From Chlorokybus atmophyticus (taxonomy: Eukaryota > Plantae > Mesostigma and Chlorokybus algae): 64,000 bases of DNA. A program made the position numbers and the translations under genes. The stretch lies in assembly GCA_009103225.1 (NCBI GenBank), contig RHPI01003788.1, positions 294,421-358,420 on the forward strand. Direction: 5' to 3'. Positions 13,990 through 26,159 of this stretch are shown here, in pieces. Below the pieces are notes generated by a model. The model was given only the letters and a program-made list of their open reading frames with translations. It was not told the DNA's origin and did not search any database. Position 1 is the first letter of the stretch. Every line of letters starts with the position of its first letter.

Positions 13990-14400
13990 GAGTGAAGCGT
14001 GCGTCAATGATGGTCCGCCCAATTACTTTACAACGGACAAAAACAGGACCATATATGGTTCAGCACTCATATGGAGGACCGACCATGAATGGTCCGTACT
14101 CTCTCAGACCATCGGACCAAGAAGTGCTTGGTTACGTTAAGGACCATGTATGATCCGAAATCGTATGAAAACATGAACAAAAGCTTATTATAGCGGCAGA
14201 CCATGTATGGTGCGTACTGGCCTATAAGTTGGGCGTGCACCAGCGATGGTCGGCCCAATGGTTCTGGTTTCGACCAGCCACATGGATATTATTCAACAAA
14301 ACATATATGGTTCGGCATTGTTGTTGTCCAAACCACGCATTGACGTACACCCATTGACAGTCGGACCGGCAATATCCCTGCTCCCGCTGCGGCCCATGTA

Positions 14401-14877
14401 CAGTCTACCCCCATGAAGAATCACGTTTAACTTTCACCTTTGCATTCCACGAACGGGGTTATTCTCTTGGCACTTATAAAAATATATATTCTTTTACCGT
14501 AAACTGGATATATATGCCACTAACAGAGGTGTTGCCTGATAACCTTAAGCTACGTAATTATATGTTGACGTGGCACAAAAGTAATCGACAAATATTAATT
14601 ACCATTTATGTCACATACGACATCATATATGAATTTTGTGACATGTTAATTTTAATAATTAAAAAATAAGCATGCTTAACAAGGTATCCCTCGGTATAAG
14701 ACTGAGCCCACTTGAAATTTTAAGCCTTCGCTTTAGTCTTATTACGTACAAGACAGTAGTCTTGTACTCCACTAACTGATGATGTTTGCCTGTAAAACCA
14801 TTAGTCTTTTGCAATTCTATGATCTTAATGGGGTTATTCTCTTAAACCGAAGTCTTGTAATGGTCGGGGGTAGACTG
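14401..14877 (+). mobile_element. MITE-like unit A (TIR CAGTCTACCCC, TA flanks)
   Basis: TA|CAGTCTACCCCC ... GGGGGTAGACTG|TA with an AT-rich interior and no ORF. Confidence 0.7.
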
Positions 14878-14953
14878 TATGGTCTGAACTTTCGCCAATA
14901 GGACCAGTGCATTGTCTGGTCCGGCAGGTCTGGTGCGCGACTGCGCAATGGTA

Positions 14954-15427
14954 CAGTCTACCCCCTTTAAGAGCATACCGTTTATCCTCCGCTATCTCAC
15001 GCTCTTGGCGGGGTAATTCTCTTAACGTCCAAGAGCATACTATGCTCTTGGGTGTCAAGAGCCTAAATATGCTTTAAGCGCGGTTTCATCACGCCCATCA
15101 CGCCCATTGCGCCATGCGTATCACGCCACGCCTGTCGCGCCATCACGCTCGTCACGCTAACTGTGCGTCACACCTCAACTATCACGCCCTATTCATCACG
15201 CGCGCGCGTTACGCGTTATGCCACACCCGTCACGCATTACTCCCCCGACTTTGCAATATCGCTCATTAAAACTTGCAAAAATTGCATGAAATAAAAATAT
15301 GCTCTTCGCGGTTAAGCACATTCTCTTAGGAACCAACATTTGCCTGTATTCCGTTTGATAATCTCATTTTCTATGCTGTTAGCGGGGTTATTCTCTTGGA
15401 GCGAAGTCTCTAAGCGGGGGTAGACTG
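14954..15427 (+). mobile_element. MITE-like unit B (TIR CAGTCTACCCC, TA flanks)
   Basis: Same termini as unit A. The interior is rich in TCACGC subrepeats. Confidence 0.7.
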
Positions 15428-15537
15428 TATTTGGAGCCTCGAACGAACCAACAACGGACGGTCTTCCGCGGATTAGGCAGTTTCGGCCCGCGGCGTACGC
15501 ACCATGCATGGTACGCGGGGTACGCGAAAGGACCATA

Positions 15538-15998
15538 CAGTCTACCCCCGCTAAGAGACTTCGTTGCAAGGGAATAACCCCGCTAATAGCACAGAATATG
15601 AAATTACCAAACGTTTTACAGGCAAATGTTGGTGCCCAAGAGAATATGCTTAACCGCAAAGAGCATATTCTTATGACATGTAATTCTTGCAAGTTTTAGT
15701 GAGCAATATTTCAAGGTTGGGGGAGTAGTGCGTGACGGGTGTGGCATAACGCGTGACGCGCGTGATGAATATGGCGTGATGGTTGAGGTGTGACGCGCAA
15801 CTAACGTGACGAGCGTGATGGCGCGACGGGCGTGGCATTATACGCTTGACACAACGGGCGTGATGAAACCACGCTTAAAGCATATTTATGCTCTTGACAC
15901 CCAAGAGCATAATATGCTCTAGAACGTCAAGAGAATTACCCCGCCAAGAGCATAAGATAGCGGAGGATAAACAGTATGCTCTTAAAGGGGGTAGACTG
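15538..15998 (-). mobile_element. MITE-like unit B' (inverted copy of B)
   Basis: Reverse-complement match to 14954-15427 along its whole length, with TA flanks. Confidence 0.75.
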
Positions 15999-16041
15999 TA
16001 CCTGGTCTTGGAACGTCAAGCCGTGTGCCAGATTATAAGGA

Positions 16042-16851
16042 CAGTGTAGTTATCAGCTCTATACGACTACAGTCTACCACTGCTATAATCAAATTCATCA
16101 ATGGAATAACCCCATCACAAGATTGAAATCTTAAAGGATCAATGTCCGCCTTGCTACATTGCTACGGGCATACGAATGATGTTCGTCGCATAGGAAATGT
16201 AAAAGTATATGCTAATTTCCGTTTTAATGTGGCCGCTGCACGAGGAAACAACGGCGCTATACGTATACAAACGCAATCTGTAACATTTCTACCACCTTGC
16301 ATTTGATGAATCATTTATACATAGTATTGTGTATGTATGCAATACATGACATATTTATTTGACACATAAGTACAGTGTAGTGAGAATCAGCTCGATACAA
16401 CTACAATCTACCGCTGCTATAATCAAAATCTTCGACGGAATAACCCCATCACAAGATTGAAATCTCTGAGGATCGATGTCCGCCTTGCTACATTGCTACG
16501 GGCATAAAAATGATTTTCGTCGCATAAAAAATGTAAAAGTAGATGCTAATTTCCGTTTTAATGTGGCCACTACACAAGGAAACAACGGCGCTCTACGTAT
16601 ACAAACGCAATCTGTAACATTTTTAACACCTTGAATTTGATGTATTATCTATACATGTTATTGTATCTATGCGATAGACTCAATTATAAATCTTATCCTG
16701 TGTAGAATGCAGACCTTACTTATTTTCTTCGATCATATCATGAGTATGCTTTCATGCGTTGTAAGACTATGCAGTCTCATAACGTATGACGGTCAATGGA
16801 ATACCCATACGACGCCACAAGAGTAGAAACCGTTGTAACGGGGGTAGAATT
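16042..16851 (-). mobile_element. MITE-like units C (truncated, from 16070) and C' (16404-16851), partly tandem-duplicated
   Basis: TA|CAGTCTACC at 16070, TA|CAATCTACC at 16404 and GGGGTAGAATT|TA at about 16851. 16042-16375 is repeated at about 16375-16650. Confidence 0.55.
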
Positions 16852-18549
16852 TACAGGTATGCCTTTCCTTATTAAGCAAAATGGACTGTAGTGATGTCCG
16901 CATCGCCTCGCAAAGGACAAGTACAATCATACCAGAGTGGCAATCATCTTGCCCTTCAAGCACCTTATCATGGCGTCTCAGCAGTGTCGGAAGCACACGT
17001 TGTCATGACAACATGAGACATTCCAGTTCAAAGGTCTGGGCAAAGGTGTGCTGGTTAGCGGAAAGCAGTGCTCATGACAGCGCTGTCCCTTTCTGTCCCC
17101 TTGACTTTGACAGATTTTATGATTTACATCCAACACCAAGATCATTGTCGTTCATAAGCCTCAGAGGTTACCACATAACATACCGTAACCATAACGCAAC
17201 ATAACCTAACATGATATTGCCTCGCATGATGAGTCGCATTACATTGGTCCGGGCCTTAACCGCCTCCGCTGCAGCAGGACACCGTACCGGTACTGTATCG
17301 AGATCAGAGACAGGCATTGATCGAGGTGGCTGTAAATACACTGTACCCCACTGTGAGTCTCTGAGTTAAAAAGCATGCCGTAGCAGTATCATGGTGGCCT
17401 GGTATGGGGCTTGTTCTTGGCAGCAGCCTTCTGGTATGGGGCGCGCTCGCATTGTCACCTCTCCAGCAAGGGCAGACGGGCCTGTCCAGCAGTCGTCCCA
17501 CACTGACCGAGTACAGTCTGCGACCATAACGGCATTACCCGAGCAGGTAACGTCCAATCCCCATACACGTTAGGATATGAGCGCTTACACAACGCTCACG
17601 TATATCTTGGCGAGCGTTGTAGCGTTACTACCATTCTGATTTGGAACAGGCGTGGGGTGATATTATGGAAACTCATTTGCGCGGCCAGGTAGAGCTGGCC
17701 GTCCGGAGACAGGACTGGACCAGAGTGTCTCAGCGTTCTGTCGTACGCGCGGCAGGCCTGCCTGACGACAATGCATGCGTACGGACGCTGCTATGATGAT
17801 GCGGCCGACTGGCGCTGTCAGCGGTAACATCGTACTGAAGAGCCGCGGCGCCTGCGACTCAGTCAATGCAAATGGCGCCGCGCAGTAGAGTCGACGGTAC
17901 TCTGACCGCCTCCGTGCCGTACGTGTTGACGGTTACGAAGTGTACTGTCTGCACCACTGCCGCCTGCCTGCGTACTATCTCATTTTTTGGCAGCACGAGA
18001 CTATCCATGTATATCTCCCGATATCTACATTGTTTCCTACCATTCCCCTAACTACTACACCACTGTCAGAGCTCTCCCTCGTCGATATCGGGTTTGCCCT
18101 GCCCGCGGCCTCCCTTCGCTTTCCGCGCTTCAATCAGCAGCAGCGGTGCAGTCAGTATTGTCTCATCATCAGGGTTGGGGCGGTGGTGTGGTTGCGGGCG
18201 TTGCTGGCGTTCGCGGCGACGGCGGGGGCGCGGGCTGTGGCGCCGCCTGTGTGGATTGACCAGGGGCTATTCCGGGAGAGAGGGGTTGGCTCCAGCGGCC
18301 TGCGTGGTGGCGGTTTGGGACAAGGCGTGGCCCGGCCATGCGGCGGAAGTGATATGTGTAAGTGAACTGGGTGGGCAGCTGGGGTTGGGAGCTGCTGCTG
18401 CTGTTGGTCCTTTCTTGTTGTTGGTGCCGTGGTTGTGGGTGTTGTCCGCGCTGTTGTCGTCGTTGCGGTGCATGATGGGACGGGTTTTGACGACATTGAG
18501 ATGTACTGCGTAAAGTAATGCGTCGTCGTCTGCCATTGATTGGGCAGGT

Positions 18550-21500
18550 ATGTCGAGCATGGAGGATGCGCTGGAGGCCGCCGCCTTGCGTGTGGCCAGA
18601 CAGCTCCAGCGGCTGGACAATCAGCGGGCCGAACTTGTACACTTGCAGAGGTACTTGCTGTTGTTGCAGTTGTCGTGGTGGACTTGGCACTTTGGTCTTG
18701 TATTTATAGTGCAATGCCAATTGACTGTGAGCGCTATGCAATAGGGTATTGGAAGACGGCCGGCGAGCAGCGAAGAGTGGCGAGGCTGTGTCTTCAGAAT
18801 GCGAGACCTTTCTGTTGAACACCAACAACAACATCGAGCACATCGCCTGCCCACCCAGCTGCTGCAATATTTTTGAAGATGACAGCAACATCCCTGACGA
18901 AGCTGGCCCGTGCGACCACAGCCTTGACGTGATACACGTGAGCACAAAAAATGCAAGCTGTAGTTTCATATGCAGGTGTTGTGGGTATTGCCTCAATTTT
19001 TGCCTCCATCTTGCACATTGGCAAGAGAGTGTGCGTGTGTGCAAGCGTTGGTATGCTATGGTGTGTGTGTGTATGTGTGCTACATGTGCAAACCGTCTCA
19101 CTTGCCTGTTTGGGTTTGTGCAGCGCGTGTACGGGAAGGATCCATTCGAGGAGTGCCTGTATTTTTTCATCAACCAGTGCAAGGCTCTGTACTCGCTGCA
19201 CGAGCTCAACGAGGATGGCACCGACGTGCGCGTGGTCCGCCTCTCTGACGGCCTTGCCAGCTACCTGGGCGTATCACTGGACACACTCCGCCAGACGTAA
19301 GCCCCACACACACGGCATTCAATGTTGGGTTGTGAGTGCAACCATAACAATCGTTGCAAATGGCAGTCCCCGGGAGCTGCATTTCAACTCGGAGTCTTCG
19401 CGTGTGGTAACGGAGGGCATACTGGAGGCGTTCAGGACGATGCAACCTGTCGCGGTGGAGGTGACATTCGTGAAAGGTGGGTCCGGGGCCAAGCAGACGA
19501 GCGAGGAGGAGATGGTCACGCTCGAAGTCACGTGCACGCCCTTCCCACCGCGCACCCTCTGCTGCTGCGGCAAGCGGGTAAGCACTTGTTGTTGTCGTTG
19601 TTGTGTGCATTGTTGTCAGTTTTGGTGGTCGAGTCGTGTTGGTGTGTTGTCTGACATGTGTTCGTGTGTGGCAGATACAGGTGCCTGCACAGGTGTTCAA
19701 CATCGCTAAGGACATCACGGGTTATAAGGCGATGGAGGCGAGTCTGACGAGTCTGAAGCAGACTGCGGAGGCGGCCACAGAGGCCAAGACGATGTTCCTG
19801 GCCAGCATGAGCCACGACATCCGCACGCCACTTAACGGAATGCTCGCCGTTAATGAGCTCCTCCTCGACACGTGCCCGCCCGATTCGGAGCAGGCCGAGA
19901 TGCTGCGCACCATGAAGACGTCGGGGGAGACTCTCCTCTCCCTATGCAACGACATCCTCGACATGACCCGCGTGGAGGAGAACAAGCTGGAGCTCGAGCC
20001 GCGCCGCTTTGACCCGGCAGCTTGCTGCAATGTGTGCGTGGACATGTTGTCCACGCTTGCGGCCGAGAAGGGCCTGGAGCTGTCTTGCTGGGCTCGCGGC
20101 TCCACCCCGCGCGCCCTCCTCGCCGACGACACGCGCCTGCGCCAGATCGTCTATAACCTCCTGTCCAACGCCGTCAAGTTCTCCCACGCGGGCGATGTCA
20201 CCCTCACCGTGTCGGCCCAGCCCTGCACGCCACCACCCCTCGACAACGGCGTGTCCACATCCACGGACACCCCCGCGCAGTGGTGGGAGGTGGCACTGCG
20301 GTGTGAGGACACGGGCGTGGGCGTGTCGGAGGAGGACCTGCAGAGACTCTTCAAGCCATTCTCGCAGGCAAGTGGCACGCGCGGGGGCAGTGGACTTGGA
20401 CTCGCCATCGCGTCGCGGCTCGCTGAACTCATGCACGGCGGCCTGCGATGCGTGAGCTCATCCGTTGGCATCGGGTCCGTCTTTGAGTGCGTCATCAAGT
20501 GCCGCGGGGATCCACTTGAGGAAGGTGTTGTTGACGTCAACTCCACCGACGAGCAGTGGCTGCCTCTCCCTCCCCCGGCCCTATTCCAGGCCACGCGCGG
20601 CAAACACGCACTCTTTGTGCACACCAGCGCACGCATCTGCGAACAGGTGCGTATGTGCGTGCGTGTGCACGCGGGTGCACGTGTGCGTGCGTGTATGTGG
20701 TTTCGTGATTCGTGTTGTGAGATGATCCCATCAATAATTATCACGTATGTGCAGGCGAGCAAGCAGTTGAGGTGGTTGGGGATGACGGTGCGGTGCGAGT
20801 CCAGTGCGTCCGCAGCCCTGGAGGCGCTTGCTTTGGACGGCGTAAAGTGGGACGTGGTGATCGTGGACGCTGCGCTTAAGACGGCCTCGTCCCCGCGCGC
20901 GTGGGGCTTCAACGGCGTGCACGTCGTGAAGGCAGCGCAGGCCCTCAGCGGCAACACCAAGGTGATCCTCCTCGCCACCATGCGCGAGGTCACGATGCTC
21001 ACGGGGAAGAGGCCCCAACACGCGCAGCAGCAGCACATTGGCAGCAACGGCAGCATCAGCACGTTGGATCCCCTCACGGGCATGTCGTGCGCCCGCACGC
21101 CCTCACTCGAGCGGCTTCGCGCTCTTGGCTCCCGCGACGTGGCTGGCATTGTGTCTGAGGACCTCTCCACCTACCCCGGAGGAGACCAGTACTCCATCTA
21201 CGACGTCGTGTCCCCACCATGCACGCAACTCCCGTGCGGGTCCCCATTGGAGATTCCTGAGTGCGACCTCACCTCCGTGTGGACACTCCTCAAACCACTA
21301 AAAGACTCGAAGCTCATCAGCGTGCTCACCGCGTGCTTTGAGGCCCATGATGGTGCCGTCGAGGGCACGCGCGCGGAGGCGGGGGTTATCCCGCCGGGGG
21401 AACTCGTCGTCCACCGTAACGAGACCACAAACCCACATTACGCGCACAATAATGTTGTCGTGCCGGGCATCCCATCAGTGGTTCCATTACAGCACCACGG

Positions 21501-22494
21501 CTTTGGCCTGCAGAGGACACCGAGCGGGAGCATCGAAAGACCCACCATGCTGTTTCAACAGCCTTACGCACTCAACCACTACCAGCAACCCTATCAACAT
21601 TTACAACACCTTGATCAGCAGCAGCAGCACAGCAGGCAGCCGTTCCCGCTGCAACGCCAACTCCATCATCCTCAACAACAACAACAACAGCTCTCTACGC
21701 CACAGCAGCTGCGGTTGAGAGGTGACCGGCAACAAGCGCAGCAGCAGCAGCAGCAGTGTCCAGTAGAGTTGATAGCGGAGCCGCTGCGGCGCATGCGGAT
21801 ACTCCTTGTTGATGACAACCTCATCAACCAAAAAGGTGCGTCATGTGGGAGAACAGCGTGAAGGGTGTTGCACGCATCCATGTGTGTGTGGGCTCGTGCG
21901 TGAGCATGTGCGTGTGTTCCCCTCTTGTCAGCTGGTACTGTTGAGTCTGATGCATGTGTTGTGGAACAGTGATGGCAAAGATGCTCCAGTCTTTGGGCTT
22001 CATCCACATTCAAGTGGCCTCCGACGGCGTGGATGCCCTTGAGGCCCTGCGCGCTAGCAAACATCCTCACGACATTGTGCTCATGGACGTCCAGGTACAC
22101 AACCACCCACACGCGCACCCACATGCGCGTGCGTAGGAATGCGCACACGCGGGCACGCAAACCTTGACTCACTTGTTGTGCGTATTCCGTTGCGCAGATG
22201 CCCAGAATGGACGGCTTAGCAGCCACACGGAGGATACGCGAGCAGTGGGCAAAGGGGCCAGAGAGCCCGATGGTGCTCATTCTGACCGCCAATGCCATGA
22301 ACGGCGACCGCGAGGCCTGCCTTGAGAGTGGCGCCGACTCGTATCTATCGAAGCCGGTGCGCAAGCAGCAGCTCGTGGACGCCCTCGGCTCCATGTACCA
22401 GGCCAAAGCGCTCGAGCACCCCCAACAACAGATTACCCGACAGCCGTCCAGCCGCGCACTCTGCCACCAGCAGCAGCAGCAGTGGAGGACCTGA
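18550..22494 (+). CDS. Hybrid sensor histidine kinase (PAS-like, HisKA, HATPase_c, receiver-like, receiver), multi-exon
   Basis: H-box FLASMSHDIRTPLNGML; N-box RLRQIVYNLLSNAVKFS; G1 CEDTGVGVS; F/G2 LFKPFSQ...GGSGLGLAI. The receiver RILLVDDNLINQK|VMAKML...DIVLMDVQ|MPRMDG...LTANA...SKPV is assembled across GT-AG introns (about 21837-21970 and 22100-22197). A PAC-like AKDIT motif lies upstream. The start codon and 5' exons are uncertain. Confidence 0.9.
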
Positions 22495-23599
22495 TCTGAC
22501 ATTTTTGTGTGTATCCAACACAACAATCCGTGCGATGAGTTGGATGTGAAGGTATATATGCGCGCCAGCTCGCGCATTTACCTGCACATTGCGCCGTCGC
22601 TACAGCCATGTTATTCTTGTAGTGAGTTTGGTGTGTTTGTATACATAGTGTATCACCATCATTATGGTTAAGTAAATATGTAGATGTATGTCCATACGTT
22701 GCGGGGACTCACGTGGCACGCACGATGCAGCTGCGAGTTTGCCTCGTTGCTTCCCCTTCCCTTAGTATAACCTTTACAGAGTGGTGTGGCTAACCACCAG
22801 TGTTCATGTGTCACATATGTGCGTATTTTGACCGCGAACAAGCACTTGGTAGTGGTGGTAAGCGTGCAATATAGGTCAATAATATATCACAAGCGTTGTA
22901 CAATTAGCAGAGCGGCAGTAGGAGTGGCGGGGGCAGGGCGTGCCTTGACAATATATGGTATAAGCCAATACGCATACATGCTCACATAGGAGGGGGAGCC
23001 CAAGTCCTGCTGCTGTTGTGCCCGCTGGTGCTGCTCCTAATGGGCCGCTAACCAGGTAGCGCTGCTGCAGGTACACGACTGCAACATGTGCATGCATGAC
23101 TAACAGGGGGGCGTAGATGTAGATGTAGGAGTAGAGTAGGTAGCCCGGTGGTCGTGTATGTAGCAACGAGTTGAGTATGTTTTGCAGACTGTTGCATGCG
23201 TGGTGTGGTCTGAATGGGCACACCCCTCGCGCATCTTCTGTATATACACCAAGTGTGCCATTGCAGCAAACAGCAAGTAGCAAGTCAGAAGCAGACTCGC
23301 ACAAATTATTACCAACCGCCGGGGCCCTGCGCTACTGCTACACTAGTGCGCTAAGTGCGTGCAGTGCAATGGAGTGGGCATGTAGCAGTAAAGACGTTGT
23401 GGACCGACTTGTGAACCATCGAGGGCAGGCGGTGTTAGTCCAGGGGCTGAAGTTGTAGAACAGCAGCAAGAACTTAGCAGTGCAGTTTAGTGCTGTGCAG
23501 AATGCAAAAGCCCCTGCCCTCTGACCCTCCCCCGCTAGCTTGCAGTCTTTGTGGCGGCTGTGGGAGTCTTGGCGCTAGAATGATGCTGCTCTACATCGG

Positions 23600-23950
23600 C
23601 CTATGATGGAGTCTCCCTCTCATGGCAGGCGCGAGCAGCTGGGCTCAGCCCAAGTTGTCTATTCGAGCGAGTGAGGCACAGGGTAGACCCTTGGAGTTGG
23701 TGGCGTCCAAGCCAATATGACAATGCTGGACGTCAATGCCATGGCGTGTGGTGATTACCAAACAGATGTAGCGGTGCGGGTGGTGAAGGTACCCAAGCGG
23801 CGCAAGCGACCACATGCTGGGGGGACACCCTTCATTTTGCTGGCGATGCAGACGCATGGCACGCTAGGGGAGGACTTCAAGCACTGTGTGTGCCACGTCG
23901 CGGTGATGCGAGGGGCAGAGTAGCGGCGCTAGGAGGGTTTCATACGCCCT
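23600..23950 (+). pseudogene. Possible 3' remnant of an RLE-type (CRE-like) non-LTR retrotransposon
   Basis: MLDVNA...AVRVVKVPKRRKR...PFILLAMQTHGTLGEDF resembles the LDV...K..KY...F.PLAVET.G.LG motif. Confidence 0.35.
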
Positions 23951-26159
23951 TGCCATCAATGTGTGGCTTGCGCCTTGCGGGCGGGCACATGCGATGTTCA
24001 TCATGGAACGAAGAGAGCGGCAGTATCGGGCTTGTGGCTAAAGGAAGCCCTTCGACCATGTGTACAGAGGCTGATGCAAAAACTCGCATAGATAGATAGC
24101 GGCCGTGTGCCAAAAGATGGTATGCTCAAATGAACACATGCATGGTGTTAATCAAACAGCACCTGCAGCCAGCCGCTACCAATAACAAAACCACCTTACC
24201 ACCGGGCAGCTACTAGGTAGCGAGTCGTGGATCATCTATGACTCGCTACATCTACTTGCCCAGCCCGTTAGTCATGCGTGCACTGCATTGTCAAGCCGAT
24301 CACCTGTACATGCGATGTTGGTCAGCGGCCAGCTTGTCGCAAGAATGGCAGCCATAAGGACTCCCCCTCCTTCACCCCCGCTGCCCGGCAGCGGCGCCAC
24401 TCTCCCCCGCCACCTCTCCACCACGCGCAATCGCAATCGCTGCCGACCGCTGCTCTTCACGTCACTGCATGGCTAGGGTTAGCCACTGCATGTGTAGCGG
24501 TCGCCCTGCCTACTCGGCTCGCCTCGCGTAAGGCGAGGCATGTGGGCAGGGTGTCATGTGGTGACTAAAAGACAAATTACAAACCCTTGACGCCTCCCCT
24601 CATTGTAGCGCTTTTACCACAATGACCTAGTGTGTAACGATGCTCGTGCTCACATACACAGAACACAAGCCATACAACACATGTGTGCAGCTGAGCACAG
24701 TCTTCACACTGAAACCTTGCCTTCTCCCGCGTAAGCACGCACACACACCGTGTGTATGACACGAACACCACTATTTCCCACGCCAAGCAAGAACGCAGTA
24801 GTGTGCTTTAGATCACGCCTCTCTCAGGCATACACTATCATACTCACAGTAGAGAGCCGAAAGCCAAAGTTGGTATTGTACACAAGGGGTTTTCCTATTG
24901 TACAAGCGCAAGGAAATATTATTAATAGGCAACTTATTCACTATCAAATCCAAAGGACGTGTCTAAGCGCAGTAGCGGGGGAAGGCGTGGTGCGTCGGGG
25001 TTGAACGGACGGTGTTGTATTTGGTCAATTGAATACAAAGCATCGACTACCGCCGTGCGTTGGGCGGAATAGATACAAAACCAAATACAATTAAGTGTAA
25101 ATGCCACTTAACTGTAAAATGCCCGTCACTTGGCCGAGAGAGTAGCCGGTTTGTTAATGTTCGGTCGGACTTTTCGCTAATATAACATGCATGGGTCAAT
25201 ACTGTTGCAAAATTCAACGTCCCTATGATGTTGTCGTAAGGTGATAAAAATTGTATAAATACCACATAGAGATAAGTATGCACTACATTACCTGCTGAAG
25301 TATTGCTCATGGTGATTACAACGGGCACGTTGATAACGACATGATAAAAGCATATAAATGATCGCGTTAATGGTTATGTTATGCAACACAACTTCATACG
25401 AAGGTTGTACGTAGTATTTCTCTAATACTTTCATGCGTAATGTAATGTGTACATAAAAAGGATAGTGTATGTTCATGTGCATGCAAAACCAGCTATATAT
25501 AAATATACAATTAGGAAATCAAAAAATGCCAATTGCATCATGCGTAATACTATGGCAAGCCGGTTTATATCTTTTATTTGTGCATTGTTTGCATGCAATT
25601 TTACATTTATACATTATGCATAAGATTTATACATGCATACTGTACACGAAATTGATAAAAAAGTATTATCACATGTATTGTGCTTTATAAGTTAAATTAC
25701 GTAAACATTGCACATTTTATACATTATTCTTATTATCAGCATCATATGATATAATTTAATCTGACTCCATTATGTAGGAGAATACATCTATAAATTGAAA
25801 AATAATAAATAACAAATGTCAACTCACTTTATATCAAGTAATCAAAGCTATAACACAACATAATGATGACAATGCTATGTCATAACCATGTTATGTTTAA
25901 ATTCTAATAAATTGCAAACCCACTTATTAACCACTTCATGTATCAAGCGCGAAGCGCGACATTATTCCACAAATGTGTATTCGCCCCGTGATTATAAATG
26001 CGCGCGGAGTGCGCAATATGTTTTCAACAATATCATTATGCTTTATGTTCATGAGTGTCATATCCTTGTCAATGTAATCGAGACATAAGTTATAACAATA
26101 TAAAGGCTGCGCAGCAGTGTACTAGAGACCCGTGCAACATTGCGCTCGTGCTTCACAGT

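Noticed and set aside
14401-16851. CRISPR-like interpretation of the repeated TACAGTCTACCCC motif
   Set aside because: The motifs are inverted pairs about 470 bp apart with TA flanks, there are no cas genes and the context is eukaryotic. MITE ends explain them better.
18169-21170. 350-aa and 339-aa minus-strand ORFs
   Set aside because: Antisense shadows of the GC-rich kinase exons, with no motifs.
24850-26150. AT-rich island as a possible Helitron or horizontally acquired DNA
   Set aside because: Only a weak hairpin-plus-CTAG at about 26120 on the minus strand, no ORFs and no defined ends.
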